Source: Azolla caroliniana
Taxonomy: Eukaryota > Plantae > Polypodiophyta
Assembly (NCBI GenBank): GCA_043228905.1
Contig: JBHGNT010000001.1
Location: 28,892,001-28,956,000 of the forward strand
Direction: 5' to 3'
DNA: 64,000 nucleotides
A model generated the notes under the pieces. That model saw nothing but the letters and a program-made list of their open reading frames with translations, ran no database searches and was not told the DNA's origin. A program made the position numbers and the translations under genes. Positions within the stretch are counted from its first letter, which is position 1. Each line of letters begins with the position of its first letter. This document shows positions 1-11,300 of this stretch, one piece after another.

Positions 1-565
1 TTTGTTAGAAAGTCTAGATTTAGTTAGGAATTGTTAGTTTAGAATATAAGTTGACCATGTACCTCTATGTGATACCATATAATCAAATATTGTATGAGAT
101 GGATGGGGAATTGAATAGTGAAGCTATATTTAGTGCTCCCTTTCATTGTACTACAATATCAAGTGTGATTTGATTTTGTTTGGTTAATTCAAAAACATAA
201 AGTTTGTTAGGAAGTATTAACTTTAAAGTTTATACATAAGTTGACGACCTTTATGTGCTATTGTCAATGTACTAGATTTATATATTTATTTTTTCCAAAA
301 AAAAACTCCTTCCACAATGTACTAGAATTAAAGTATCGAGCAAGAAGAATATGGTAATAGAATTGTGAAGTTGCATTATTTGCACCCCCTTTTCTCTACT
401 ACTATACTTTTTGTAACCACCATATAAGTGGAATGGTAAAAAGAATGTGCCCAATGGAGAACAAGTGGTCATGGATTCAACCCTTACATTTCACAGTGGC
501 ATCTAGTGAAATAAGAGATGTGTATGAAGTATATAATAGAGAGGTGAGAAATTGTAAATGACTTA

Positions 566-852
566 TGTCGAATACATGTGTATAATGGACGTATTCACAT
601 TATCCCGTTTTGGCCATTTATGTAATTAGCATAAAGGGTAGTTGCCCTAAGTCGGTCACTATATATAGTGACCTTGTAACCTTTTTGTAAGGTTGGTTGT
701 TGTATTATTTGCTTTATGAAATAAAGACTCTTTTGTGTCTCTCTCTCTCTCTCTCTCTGTGCAACGACCTACAATCTCTCATACGCAGGTATTCAGAGAA
801 GAATCGAATGCTCCTTGATCTTCCGCACAGACGACCCTCCTCGCTTCCAACA
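566..852 (+). repeat. 5' LTR of copia element 1
   Basis: TGTCGAATAC...CTTCCAACA repeated at 5664-5950; contains TATA palindrome, AATAAA and (CT)10. Confidence 0.96.
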
Positions 853-854
853 TC

Positions 855-866
855 TGGTATCAGAGC
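855..866 (+). promoter_or_regulatory. Primer-binding site, tRNA-iMet
   Basis: TGGTATCAGAGC 2 nt after the 5' LTR. Confidence 0.95.
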
Positions 867-1456
867 AGAGGTTCGGCCGTCATCACCGCCTGCACAACAT
901 TCGGTTCTTCACTTCATCACGGCCTGCACAGTATTCGCGTCATTCGAAGAAAGAGAGAAGAAGAACAAAAACGAGGTTTGCACCTCATCGCGTTAGATCC
1001 CCTTGCTTGGAGTAAGCCAGCAGGTTGTACTCTGTCCCTTGTGATCGTAACCGCTCGAGGTGAAATCCCCTTGTGCAACTTTGACAACAACCCAAATTTG
1101 TGCTTCATCTGGCTGATCGACATTCGGGAGGATCAGTCGGATTCGTCTCTCTCGTCGCTGCAGTCACCCGAAGCCGAATCGGTCCAGATAATCGGTTTCA
1201 ATAATCGGTATTCGGCATAGATATATCCGAAGCGAACCGGGCTCACTCCGACTCGGCGACATTCGGGAAGACCAGTCGGTTCTGTCCCTCAAGTTACCGG
1301 AGTCAATTCGAGCAAGTTCAACAATACATATATCCGAAGCCGAACCGACTCGGGTTCAAATCCGACTAGAACGATATCGGGTGAGCCAACCGGCTGCACT
1401 CCAACAAGGTTCGTAGTCAACTCCGAACCGAGCTTCGTCAACCAAAACCGAACTTG

Positions 1457-4400
1457 ATGGCATCAACATCCGGCTCGTCAGAAATGAGTCTACGAAAGTT
1501 CGATGGATCGAACTTTAACTTCTGGAAGGAGCAAATGCAGGACTATCTCATAGTCAAGGGGCAAATCGATCCCATCGAAAATGAAGAACCTCCAGAAGGA
1601 TACAAACCAATTGAGTGGCAAAAGCTGGACAGAATCGTCCGCGCCACGATTCGGATGCACCTATCGGAATCGGTATACTTTACGGTGCAATCGTGTATGA
1701 CAACATTCGAACTGTGGAAAACACTGTCGGACACTTATGAAAAGAAGGTCGCCGCAACGAAGATGTTTCTGATCCGGCGCCTCTACAACTTGCGGATGAA
1801 AGAATCCGATTCGGTCCAAGCACACCTCAATGAGTATGAAAGCATAAGCTCCCAAATCTCGTCACAGGGGACGGCAATCGAGGATGAACTCAGAGCAATG
1901 ATACTCATGAGCAGCCTTCCCTCATCATGGGAAACTTTCGTCACAACCGTGTGCAACGCGTCAACCACGGCTGTTAAATACTCTGAAGTCACGAGCGCAA
2001 TCCTGACCGAAGCAGCTCGGAGAAAGTCTTTCGCCAAAGACTCAACAGACGACGCTTACGTAGTACAAGGTTCGACAGACCGATCGAACATACGAGGAAG
2101 AGATTCCTCACGACCGCCGAACAATCAGCGAAGACGGAGCCAGTCACGGGATCACCGAATCTGCAACTACTGCAAGAAACCCGGACACATCAAAGCCGAC
2201 TGCCGCGCACTCAAGAACAAGAACAACAAGAAGAGTGGCCGGCATGAGGAGATCAATTACGTCAGCTTCTCAGCTGATGTACTACCGGACGACCCGAATA
2301 TACTATCAATCGAAAATCCAGTCGGATCAGAAGTTCTACTCACGACTGAAGAATCGAGCACATGGCTCTTAGATTCGGGCGCGTCATTTCACGTGACTCC
2401 TCATCGATCCCAATTTCGGCAATATACGATCCGTCACTCCGACTCAGTTCGGGTCGGCAACTCACAACACTGTGACATCATCGGAATCGGCACAGTAGAG
2501 CTCAACCTTGCAGGTGGCTCTACACTTGTACTCCACAATGTCCGACATGTACCCGAGCTCTCAAGGCCATTGATCTCAGTCGGACAACTAGATGAAGACG
2601 GCATTCGTGCCGGTTTTTCTTCGGGAGGGTGGACACTCCACAGGGGGAACCTCCTGCTTGCTAGAGGACCCAAGATACACTCACTGTATCCGTTACATGT
2701 TACGCTCAGAGAGGGTAACCTGTTTTTGGTGGATATTCCTGTGTCATCACTATGGCACCGAAGACTAGGACACCTCAGCAAGGCCGGCATCACGCACCTA
2801 TCTAGATCCGGATACATCCCCAAACTCTCCTTCTCCGACCATCAATTCTGCGAGCATTGCCAGTATGGCAAACAAGAAGCCGCATCACACCCGACATCAG
2901 CACCCAGAGAAACGAGACCTCTTGATTTGGTCCACTCGGACGTCTGCGGCCCAATGCCGCATCAGTCTCTCGGCGGCGCCTCTTACTTCGTCACTTTTAT
3001 TGACGATTCGACTCGAAAGGTGTGGGCGTATCCAATTCGCACCAAAGATCGGGTCTTCTCGATCTTCTCCGATTGGCTCGCTATGGTAGAAAATCAAACC
3101 GACCGAAAGCTGAAATGCCTTCGGACCGACAATGGGGGAGAGTTTAAATCCGAAGAATTCGTCAAATTCTGCCGACAACGCGGCATCCGACGTGAATTTA
3201 CGGCACCACACAGCCCGGAGCAAAACGGGATTGCCGAACGCATGAATCGGACAATCCAAGAACGGATAGTTTCCATGCTCCAACACTCCGGACTGTCGGA
3301 TGGCTTCTGGGCAGAGGCTCTACTCACAGCAGTACACATAATCAATATGTCGCCAAGTAGACCTCTAGGACTTCAAATTCCTCAGGAACTATGGATCGGC
3401 AGTAAGCCGAATTACGACAAGCTGAGGATCTTCGGATGCGAGGCGTACGCCCTTATTCCGAAAGATGATCGCCGAAAACTTGCACCTCGGTCCAGGAAAT
3501 GCATTTTCCTTGGATATGGATCCGACGGCGAAATGGGATACCGACTCTGGGACCCCGAACGCAGACAAATCGTTCGAAGTTCGGACGTTGTGTTCAACGA
3601 GTCGGCTATGAATCCATCAGTCGAAAAACCGATCGAAGTCCGAAGGGTAACATTCTCCGATGTGCCGACCCTTCAAGAAGGCCCCGCTCTTAACACACGG
3701 TCAGCTTCACGGGTAGCTGAACCTTACACTACCGACTCGGACAACCCCGACTCGGCACAGCAGAACAATCCGCTTTCGGACCATCCGACCTCGATACCCG
3801 ATGCGACCAGTCCAATCATACCTCGACGATCCGAGAGACTGTCGCAACCTCCGGAGAGGTATTCTCCTGGAATTTTCTTCACCGACGCCGGCGAACCGAC
3901 GTCTTACGAAGAAGCATCGACATCTGTCGATTCCGCCACCTGGCATCTGGCGATGGAGTCGGAAATGCACTCCATTCGGGTAAACAAGACTTGGGATCTG
4001 GTCGAACTACCTAGGAACCGACGTGCTCTTCCTTGCAAGTGGGTTTATCGACTAAAAGAGACGTCTGATTCGACCACCCCAAAGTACAAGGCCAGATTAG
4101 TTGCGAAGGGCTTCCGACAAGAATATGGCGTCGACTTCGACGAGATTTTTTCACCAGTGGTGAAAATGACAACCCTTCGTTTCCTACTCAGCGTAGTGGC
4201 AGCCGACAACTTGGAGCTGATTCAGCTAGATGTCAAAACAGCCTTCCTCCATGGTGATCTTGACGAGGAAATTTATATGGAGCAGCCAAAAGGCTTCGTG
4301 GCGACTGGCCAAGAACATCTAGTCTGCCGACTCAGGAAGAGTCTATACGGCCTCAAACAGGCACCGCGACAATGGTACAAGAAGTTCGACGACTTCATCC

Positions 4401-5470
4401 AATCGATCGGCTTCTCAAAAAGCGATGAGGACCATTGTCTCTTCACCAACACAGCTCAAGATGGATCACCCATCTTCCTCATCATTTACGTGGACGACAT
4501 GCTAATTTCTGGACGCCACGCGGGCGAACTTGCCGATCTCATTCGGCAACTGCGGTTGAAGTTTGCCATGAAGGACCTCGGTCCGGCACGACACATACTC
4601 GGCATGAAGATTAGTCGGCATCGCGATAAACGACATCTTTTTTTGTCTCAGACCGACTATATCGGACGTGTCTTGGAACGCTTCAACATGCAATCAGCCA
4701 AATCTGCTTCAACCCCGCTCCCCATGAATCTTCGGCTCTCTCAGCGAGACTGCCCGACATCCGGTCCGGAGGGGGAAGATATGAAGTCGGTACCGTATGC
4801 ACCGGCAGTCGGCTCCCTTATGTACCTGATGGTCGCGACACGGCCTGATATCTCTCATGCCGTAGGAGTCGTTAGCAGATTTATGCACAATCCTGGCCGA
4901 TCGCATTGGAACGCAGTCAAGCATGTGTTCAGATATCTGGCTGGCACAAAAGACCATGGCATTCTTTTCGGTCCGAACCGAACCTCAGGCGTAGTCGGTT
5001 ACACCGACTCGGACTTCGCCGGCTGTATAGACAGTCGGAAATCAACAACCGGATACTGCTTCAAATTCGGCAATGGAGCAATCTCGTGGAAGTCGAAACT
5101 TCAGGAGTGCACAGCGACCTCAACGACCGAAGCAGAATATGTAGCTGCTTCCGACGCGGCAAAAGAAGCCTTGTGGCTCGGTCGGCTGGCGCACACGTTT
5201 CGACAAGTCGACCATGACTCGGCTCCAGTTGTCTACAGCGACAGTCAAGGTGCTGTTGCCTTGTCGAAAAATCCGGTTCACCACAACGCCTCCAAACATA
5301 TCGACGTTCGATATCACTTCGTTCGGGACTGCGTCATTTCAGGGAAAATCGGTCTAGAGAAAATATCCACAACCGACAATGTCGCAGATGGAATGACCAA
5401 GTGTCTTTCGGCAGACCGTTTTCGGTCTCTTCGGCATCAGATGGGCGTAACGACAAACCAGTCCGGTTAG
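1457..5470 (+). CDS. Copia Gag-Pol polyprotein (gag, CCHC knuckle, protease, integrase, RT, RNase H)
   Basis: First ATG at 1457; KFDGSNFNFW gag start; CNYCKKPGHIKADC; WLLDSGAS protease; WHRRLGH...CEHC and HSDVCGP/LRTDNGGEF integrase; YVDDML RT; YTDSDFAG/TEAEYVA/HIDVRYH RNase H; copia domain order. Confidence 0.97.
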   Translation: MASTSGSSEMSLRKFDGSNFNFWKEQMQDYLIVKGQIDPIENEEPPEGYKPIEWQKLDRIVRATIRMHLSESVYFTVQSCMTTFELWKTLSDTYEKKVAATKMFLIRRLYNLRMKESDSVQAHLNEYESISSQISSQGTAIEDELRAMILMSSLPSSWETFVTTVCNASTTAVKYSEVTSAILTEAARRKSFAKDSTDDAYVVQGSTDRSNIRGRDSSRPPNNQRRRSQSRDHRICNYCKKPGHIKADCRALKNKNNKKSGRHEEINYVSFSADVLPDDPNILSIENPVGSEVLLTTEESSTWLLDSGASFHVTPHRSQFRQYTIRHSDSVRVGNSQHCDIIGIGTVELNLAGGSTLVLHNVRHVPELSRPLISVGQLDEDGIRAGFSSGGWTLHRGNLLLARGPKIHSLYPLHVTLREGNLFLVDIPVSSLWHRRLGHLSKAGITHLSRSGYIPKLSFSDHQFCEHCQYGKQEAASHPTSAPRETRPLDLVHSDVCGPMPHQSLGGASYFVTFIDDSTRKVWAYPIRTKDRVFSIFSDWLAMVENQTDRKLKCLRTDNGGEFKSEEFVKFCRQRGIRREFTAPHSPEQNGIAERMNRTIQERIVSMLQHSGLSDGFWAEALLTAVHIINMSPSRPLGLQIPQELWIGSKPNYDKLRIFGCEAYALIPKDDRRKLAPRSRKCIFLGYGSDGEMGYRLWDPERRQIVRSSDVVFNESAMNPSVEKPIEVRRVTFSDVPTLQEGPALNTRSASRVAEPYTTDSDNPDSAQQNNPLSDHPTSIPDATSPIIPRRSERLSQPPERYSPGIFFTDAGEPTSYEEASTSVDSATWHLAMESEMHSIRVNKTWDLVELPRNRRALPCKWVYRLKETSDSTTPKYKARLVAKGFRQEYGVDFDEIFSPVVKMTTLRFLLSVVAADNLELIQLDVKTAFLHGDLDEEIYMEQPKGFVATGQEHLVCRLRKSLYGLKQAPRQWYKKFDDFIQSIGFSKSDEDHCLFTNTAQDGSPIFLIIYVDDMLISGRHAGELADLIRQLRLKFAMKDLGPARHILGMKISRHRDKRHLFLSQTDYIGRVLERFNMQSAKSASTPLPMNLRLSQRDCPTSGPEGEDMKSVPYAPAVGSLMYLMVATRPDISHAVGVVSRFMHNPGRSHWNAVKHVFRYLAGTKDHGILFGPNRTSGVVGYTDSDFAGCIDSRKSTTGYCFKFGNGAISWKSKLQECTATSTTEAEYVAASDAAKEALWLGRLAHTFRQVDHDSAPVVYSDSQGAVALSKNPVHHNASKHIDVRYHFVRDCVISGKIGLEKISTTDNVADGMTKCLSADRFRSLRHQMGVTTNQSG

Positions 5471-5656
5471 AGCCGGACACAGAGCAGGATGGTTCCCGAC
5501 AACCGACATCAGTTCCTTAATGATCGGCTTCAACTATTCCGACCCGACCAGTTCGGTCTTCTGCCTTCGGACCCTGCCGACTCGAACAAAGCTGATATGT
5601 CCGAGAACCTAAGTCTATACCTGTAATCTTAGATAACCCATGTATACGCCCATTAC

Positions 5657-5663
5657 GGGGGAG
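5657..5663 (+). promoter_or_regulatory. Polypurine tract of copia element 1
   Basis: GGGGGAG directly before the 3' LTR TG. Confidence 0.9.
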
Positions 5664-5950
5664 TGTCGAATACATGTGTATAATGGACGTATTCACATTA
5701 TCCCGTTTTGGCCATTTATGTAATTAGCATAAAGGGTAGTTGCCCTAAGTCGGTCACTATATATAGTGACCTTGTAACCTTTTTGTAAGGTTGGTTGTTG
5801 TATTATTTGCTTTATGAAATAAAGACTCTTTTGTGTCTCTCTCTCTCTCTCTCTCTGTGCAACGACCTACAATCTCTCATACGCAGGTATTCAGAGAAGA
5901 ATCGAATGCTCCTTGATCTTCCGCACAGACGACCCTCCTCGCTTCCAACA
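5664..5950 (+). repeat. 3' LTR of copia element 1
   Basis: Copy of 566-852 followed by TSD ACTTA. Confidence 0.96.
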
Positions 5951-8327
5951 ACTTACCCCTAGAGCTAATTACGATAGGGAAAGAGATTTATTGAGGAAGT
6001 ACTAATTTTATATATGTTGACAACCTTTATATGCTATGATCAGTGCACTCGAATCAAACTACTCCACAATAGGGATATGGTAATAGAACAGTGAACTTGC
6101 ATTATGTGCACCATGTTCACTCTACTACTATACTTTTTGTAACCACCATATAAATGGAATCATAACCATAATATGAGAGAGAGAGAGAGAGAGTAATTGT
6201 GAGCTTAATTGTATTGTCTAATTTGATCTCTCAATTGGGCCTTCCTTGTCATGGATAGAGCAAATCCTCATGTATTCATTGTCTATACACTACAAACATT
6301 AGACGAGAGAACACTTTAGATGTATTGTTATATTCTTAATCTCTCGACTATTAATCCTTACGTGTTTATTGTCATATATTACAAATAATAAAAGAGAGAA
6401 CACTTGAGACGAGTTGTTATATTCTTAATTATTGTTAATCTCTCGATTATTAACCCAATGAAACAAGTGTGTATCAAGCATTTTATAATTACTCGTGGTA
6501 CCTTGGATTTTAATAGTATATGTCTTGTTACGATTTTATTGACATGCCAATCATGTTGTATGATTGAAAGAAGAGAATGTTTGTGCAAGTAGACTCCTGT
6601 AAGTTATGTGTTAGAACCAACTAGATGGCATATATTGAATCGTGAACACAACAATGAGCTCTACTCACCAATTGATAAATGAACCTAATGTATGCCATCC
6701 AAACATGGTGATGTCTCTATCTCTCTATGACTGGAGTTTACTTCATCAATTCATTGTTCCAAAAATCAAGTGGACTATTTATTACCATGATGGAATGAAC
6801 TAAATCATCTAACGAGTTGTACTTTTATAGCACTCTACACCGTAAATAGTTAGCAAAACATATTAATGAAAAGATGTAACCTACATTTCTGATCTAACTA
6901 AAGATGACGCAAGATATCTACATAAAATACCACTCTTATTTACTAATAGAAGCCAAACATGCTCAATACAAATTTATGTTTAAATACTTAATATAGAAAC
7001 ATAGGCGTTGAGCTCTTAACCTAGGTTGAGGGACAAATCTAAATCCACAAAAATTTAACAAAGATATGTGAGAGTCAAGATTTTAACTAAAAACCTAATA
7101 GTGTTCCCTTAATAGCTCGCCATCAGGGCAAGTAGTTTACAATAGAAAACATAGAGTAGAACCAAGTAAGCAATCTTCCATGTCGCTTAGGGATAGGTCA
7201 ATGCTTGTAAATAATGAGGACATAACTTTGTATTTAGTGCAAGACCAAAGAGGATAATTTTGGTGGAAGAAGGATAATCTTGTAAAGTATCAAAGAACAA
7301 TTTGAAGCAAGTGGTGGAGGCATATACTACTACTTGTGTGTGATTGTGGTGTCTCAAGAGAATCCCAATTGGATCGCGGTCCTGTAGTGAGTTGGGTTGG
7401 ACTCAAGAAGCCCCAAAATGAGTGGGGGCAAGGAGTCATGATCGATGTTAGCACAAGCATATCGAGTTGGGACCCAAGCAGGGAACTAGTCCCAATCCCA
7501 AAGAAGGGTTTCCACCCTTGGGTTGGGACTACCAGTCCCAATCTGAGTTGGGATTTGAGAAATACCGAGTCCCAGACTCTTGCTACAAAATCAACAACGT
7601 CACAATGCCAAAAACCAATCACAAGGGAGACCAAAAGACACTTCTTGGCCTATATAAGGAGTCTCTTGGGCTAATGCCAAGTGAGCTCAACCACCACCCT
7701 TGGCCTATATAGAAGGAGTCTCTCCTCATTTTGGTTCATTCTCGGATCTAGAAACTCTCTCCACCCTCTCTCCTTAATTATAGCAGCTCTAAGGAGCTTG
7801 TAACTAACTCTTTTTTTAATCATGCTTAAGTTGTATTAACAGAATCTCTCCTTTTCTTATTCTATCTTTTGCCCACCATGTTTTAGGTCCATTTCAAGAC
7901 CCCCAAGTTTTAGGTTCGTTATAGTGACAAAGGTGACAGAGTGGCTGATGAGAAATTCAAAGGGTGTAGAATGAGTAATATGCACGTTGTCCATAGTATC
8001 GGGTCTAAGTAATAAATTGAGATAATTGGCCTTCTCAAGAGTAGAATTAGTTTGAGAGTAGACAAAGGATAATTTGATGAATTTCTCACATACATATGTA
8101 CAGACGTACATAGTTACATTAACACATGCATACATACATACATTCACAGACATACATACATACAAAATACATACATACACGATACATATACATACACACA
8201 GACATAAATACATACAAATATGTACACTGAAGTGTGGACACATATATCTACTTCTTTGGCCTGAACCATATATAATCAAGTCTTCCGGGAAGGAGCAGAT
8301 CCTTCTCGCTCGCTCGATCCACGCACG

Positions 8328-11300
8328 ATGAGCTGCCAACAGATGCTCATGGCTTCCTCGATCTTGCTGTTCATCATCGCAATCTCGTTTTCTTGGGTAA
8401 GTGATATACTTCTTCCTCTCTCTGTATATGTGCTTGTATGAATAAATTTAGATTTTCTTTCTCTACGTCTTCATCCATTTCCCTCTCTCTCAGATTTTGC
8501 TCCCTTTGTCCTCTTTTTTCAGGGTGAAGTTGGTGCTGCTTCAGTGGACTTCCTGGAGAGTACACCAGGCTCTTACCTCCGTGCCACCACTTCCGATCAG
8601 ATTCAGGTTCTTCTATACTCTCATAGTAGTCTTGAAATATTTCTATATGTATAGTATACGTCTATGAGAGAGATATAGATATTCAAATAGATAGATTTTA
8701 TTATTGTGGTTGGACGTAAAATATAACATATGGAACCAAAAGTGAAACATTTTCACATTGTGTGTGCTGTGTTGATCAGTGATTCTCGGAGGTCAAATAT
8801 GGTCTATGAGACCAAAAGTTATTAAACATTTGTAGAATTCCGTAAGGTCACAGAGAATCTCATTAGTTAAGCACTTGACATTTTGAAGTTAGATGGGTGG
8901 AAATTTCTTCCATCAAAAGATCTCCAGCATGGGCTGGCCGCTGATCTGAGGATGGAGAGGTCTTCAAGGTGAGGGAAGCACCTTTGATGTCAGATAATAA
9001 TGTCCTTTATTTGTCAATGAAAAGTGTGATAGGGTTGTGATTCAGATGGGCATGGTCTACATGTGCGAAAAATTGCAGTTTTCTGATATATATCTATTTG
9101 AATATCTGCTATATTGACTATCTTTATGAGGGATCTACGTATATCAAACCACCACAACTTAGTTAATGGTTCTTGGAACTATATATGTTGTATGTGGTCA
9201 TTCATGAGCATCGGGGGCTGCATATCCATGAGAAAGTTGAGCACTGGCAGTCTCATATATGGAGAACTGAGGACTTGTGATTGTCCTAGGTATATGTTGG
9301 ATCGTGTGGATGCTATCTTTTCCTCACCCAAGAAGAATTCTGGTTCTGATCTTGTCACACATACTTGGGTGGTGCTAGACATCATCAATCCCTTCAGTTA
9401 TATCAAGGTTCACCGGCAAGTCTTTGGTAATACAAAATGACTTTAAAGCATCTAGATGTCTTTGTAGTTCCTTTGGGGAGTTGGAGATCAACACAATGCC
9501 ATTAAAATTTAGTAATGTCAGTATGGCTATCCTTGCGAAGCATGCACCTGAACCACCCAATCTCTTTATGTAATTGCATACCTCATCTATATAAAGACTG
9601 AAGAGAGTGGATGATAGTGAGCATCCTTGGTTCACTCCAATTGTGCTACCCACAACCTCCAACAACCTGTAGGAGCACACACCTTTTCTTACACCCGGAT
9701 TATGTAGTGCAAAGATTCCCCATTGCATATCCCCCTTTTCTTACACACGGAACATGGTCCAAGCACACTGTATATAGGTTGTCTGGAAATCCAGGTTTCC
9801 TATTTATGGACTCATCGAGGGCTCGTAAGGTCAATAAATAATTCAAAGTTGTGAACCCCTTTCAGAAACCTGCTTGTCTGGCTGAATGGCTAACATTCCG
9901 TTGTACCCATACACTCAAGTCTAACGCTAGGTTTGCGCCGTATGGTTTGGTCAAGTAATAACGAATCATGAGTGTCTTATAGTTTCTCGATATCATGTGA
10001 TCTTCACTCTTGAAGATCAATACAATGGTATGTTCTTCCAACTAGTAGGGAAACCGTTACACGTAGCCCTATAAGTATGTGTGCAAGAAGTGGTACCAAA
10101 GGTATCTTGGGCATAGATAAAATGGTCACATAGCAATCCATCATGATCTTGGACCTTTCCAAATTGATATTGCCCTTCCCTTCTTCTTTTAGGTCTTTGT
10201 CCTCGCTATGCAGAGTAATATCTTAATGGGAGACTAGGGGCTGCTCAGGAATCTCACTTTCTGGAGTAAAAAACGTGGATTCATGTGGGTGTGAACCATG
10301 TGAAGGGCATGTACTATTCATGCCGAGGCTGAGATGAGGTTAATTGTGTGCTAGCTTGCCTCTCATTAAATATCAAAGGGACACATTCTTATATTTTTTA
10401 TATGCAGGTGCAATATAGGTATCCTCTCTTGTTTTGCTTAATATTCAGCCCCTAGTTTCTATGCTCAATTTGTGACATTGTGCATGGCAGTGTGATCCTA
10501 TGTCTTGCCCTCTTGAACATGTGATGTGAGCTTGGGCATCGCAGCCTCCCTACGCAGCTGCGTTAGTACTCAAACTTAGATCGATATTAAGCTTCTCTGT
10601 CTTGTGTGGAAAGTTCCCAATGTGGCTTGAGTAAACATTGACTCATTTTCTCCCTTTCCTTCCTTTCTTTTCCATGTGCATCCAAATGTTCTTCAGTTCG
10701 GCATCTTGTAAATCATTTGTGGATATTGTGGATGAAAGAAATTTTCTCATGGTTTTCTGCCCTCAAATTTTTTGAAGGCATAAAAGACTCTTGACATTCT
10801 TCCATGTTCTAGTACCATAACGAAGTACAGGAATGTGGCATTAACCTGTAAATATGCTTTTCTTCCATTTGCTAGGAATTTCCTTTGTATGTTCTCCATT
10901 TCTCTCCACAGTTTGCCAAAATACTGCTTATCCAAACCTCAGATCCATATAGCAGAGTTTTCCCAATGCATACACCAGATACTATTGCGCTAATCTACCA
11001 TCATTGGGTTGTGCTGAAGTGGTGCATTTTCTTAAATTCAGAGTATTGGCTTATGCTCTCTTCCTTTTTCTTAGTTAGTTACCTATGCACCCCTTCAGTG
11101 GCATCCTATTCGTGGTAGGCCACTGTCTAATAATCTCAGTTTTGACGATGGTTACGAACCATGAATTTTGGTCATGGTCATATTGATTGCCAGGCTGCTA
11201 TTTTCACAAAAAGTATATAAAAGATTTGGCTGTCTCAGGTTAGAAGATGCCAATAGTGAGACAACATGTGCATAAATCAGAAACAACATTGTGAAATGCT

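Larger units (their letters stand above)
566..5950 (+). mobile_element. Full-length Ty1/copia LTR retrotransposon (Tnt1/Tork-like)
   Basis: 287-bp TG...CA LTRs at 566-852 and 5664-5950, identical by eye; 5-bp TSD ACTTA at 561-565 and 5951-5955; Met PBS; PPT; single intact gag-pol ORF. Confidence 0.97.

Noticed and set aside
7000-7850. Possible solo LTR (duplicated CTTGGCCTATATA.GGAGTCTC)
   Set aside because: No TG...CA ends with a matching TSD could be defined.
7857-8339. ORFs built on (CATA)n/(TATG)n microsatellites, also at 26312-26563
   Set aside because: Low-complexity translations of simple repeats.
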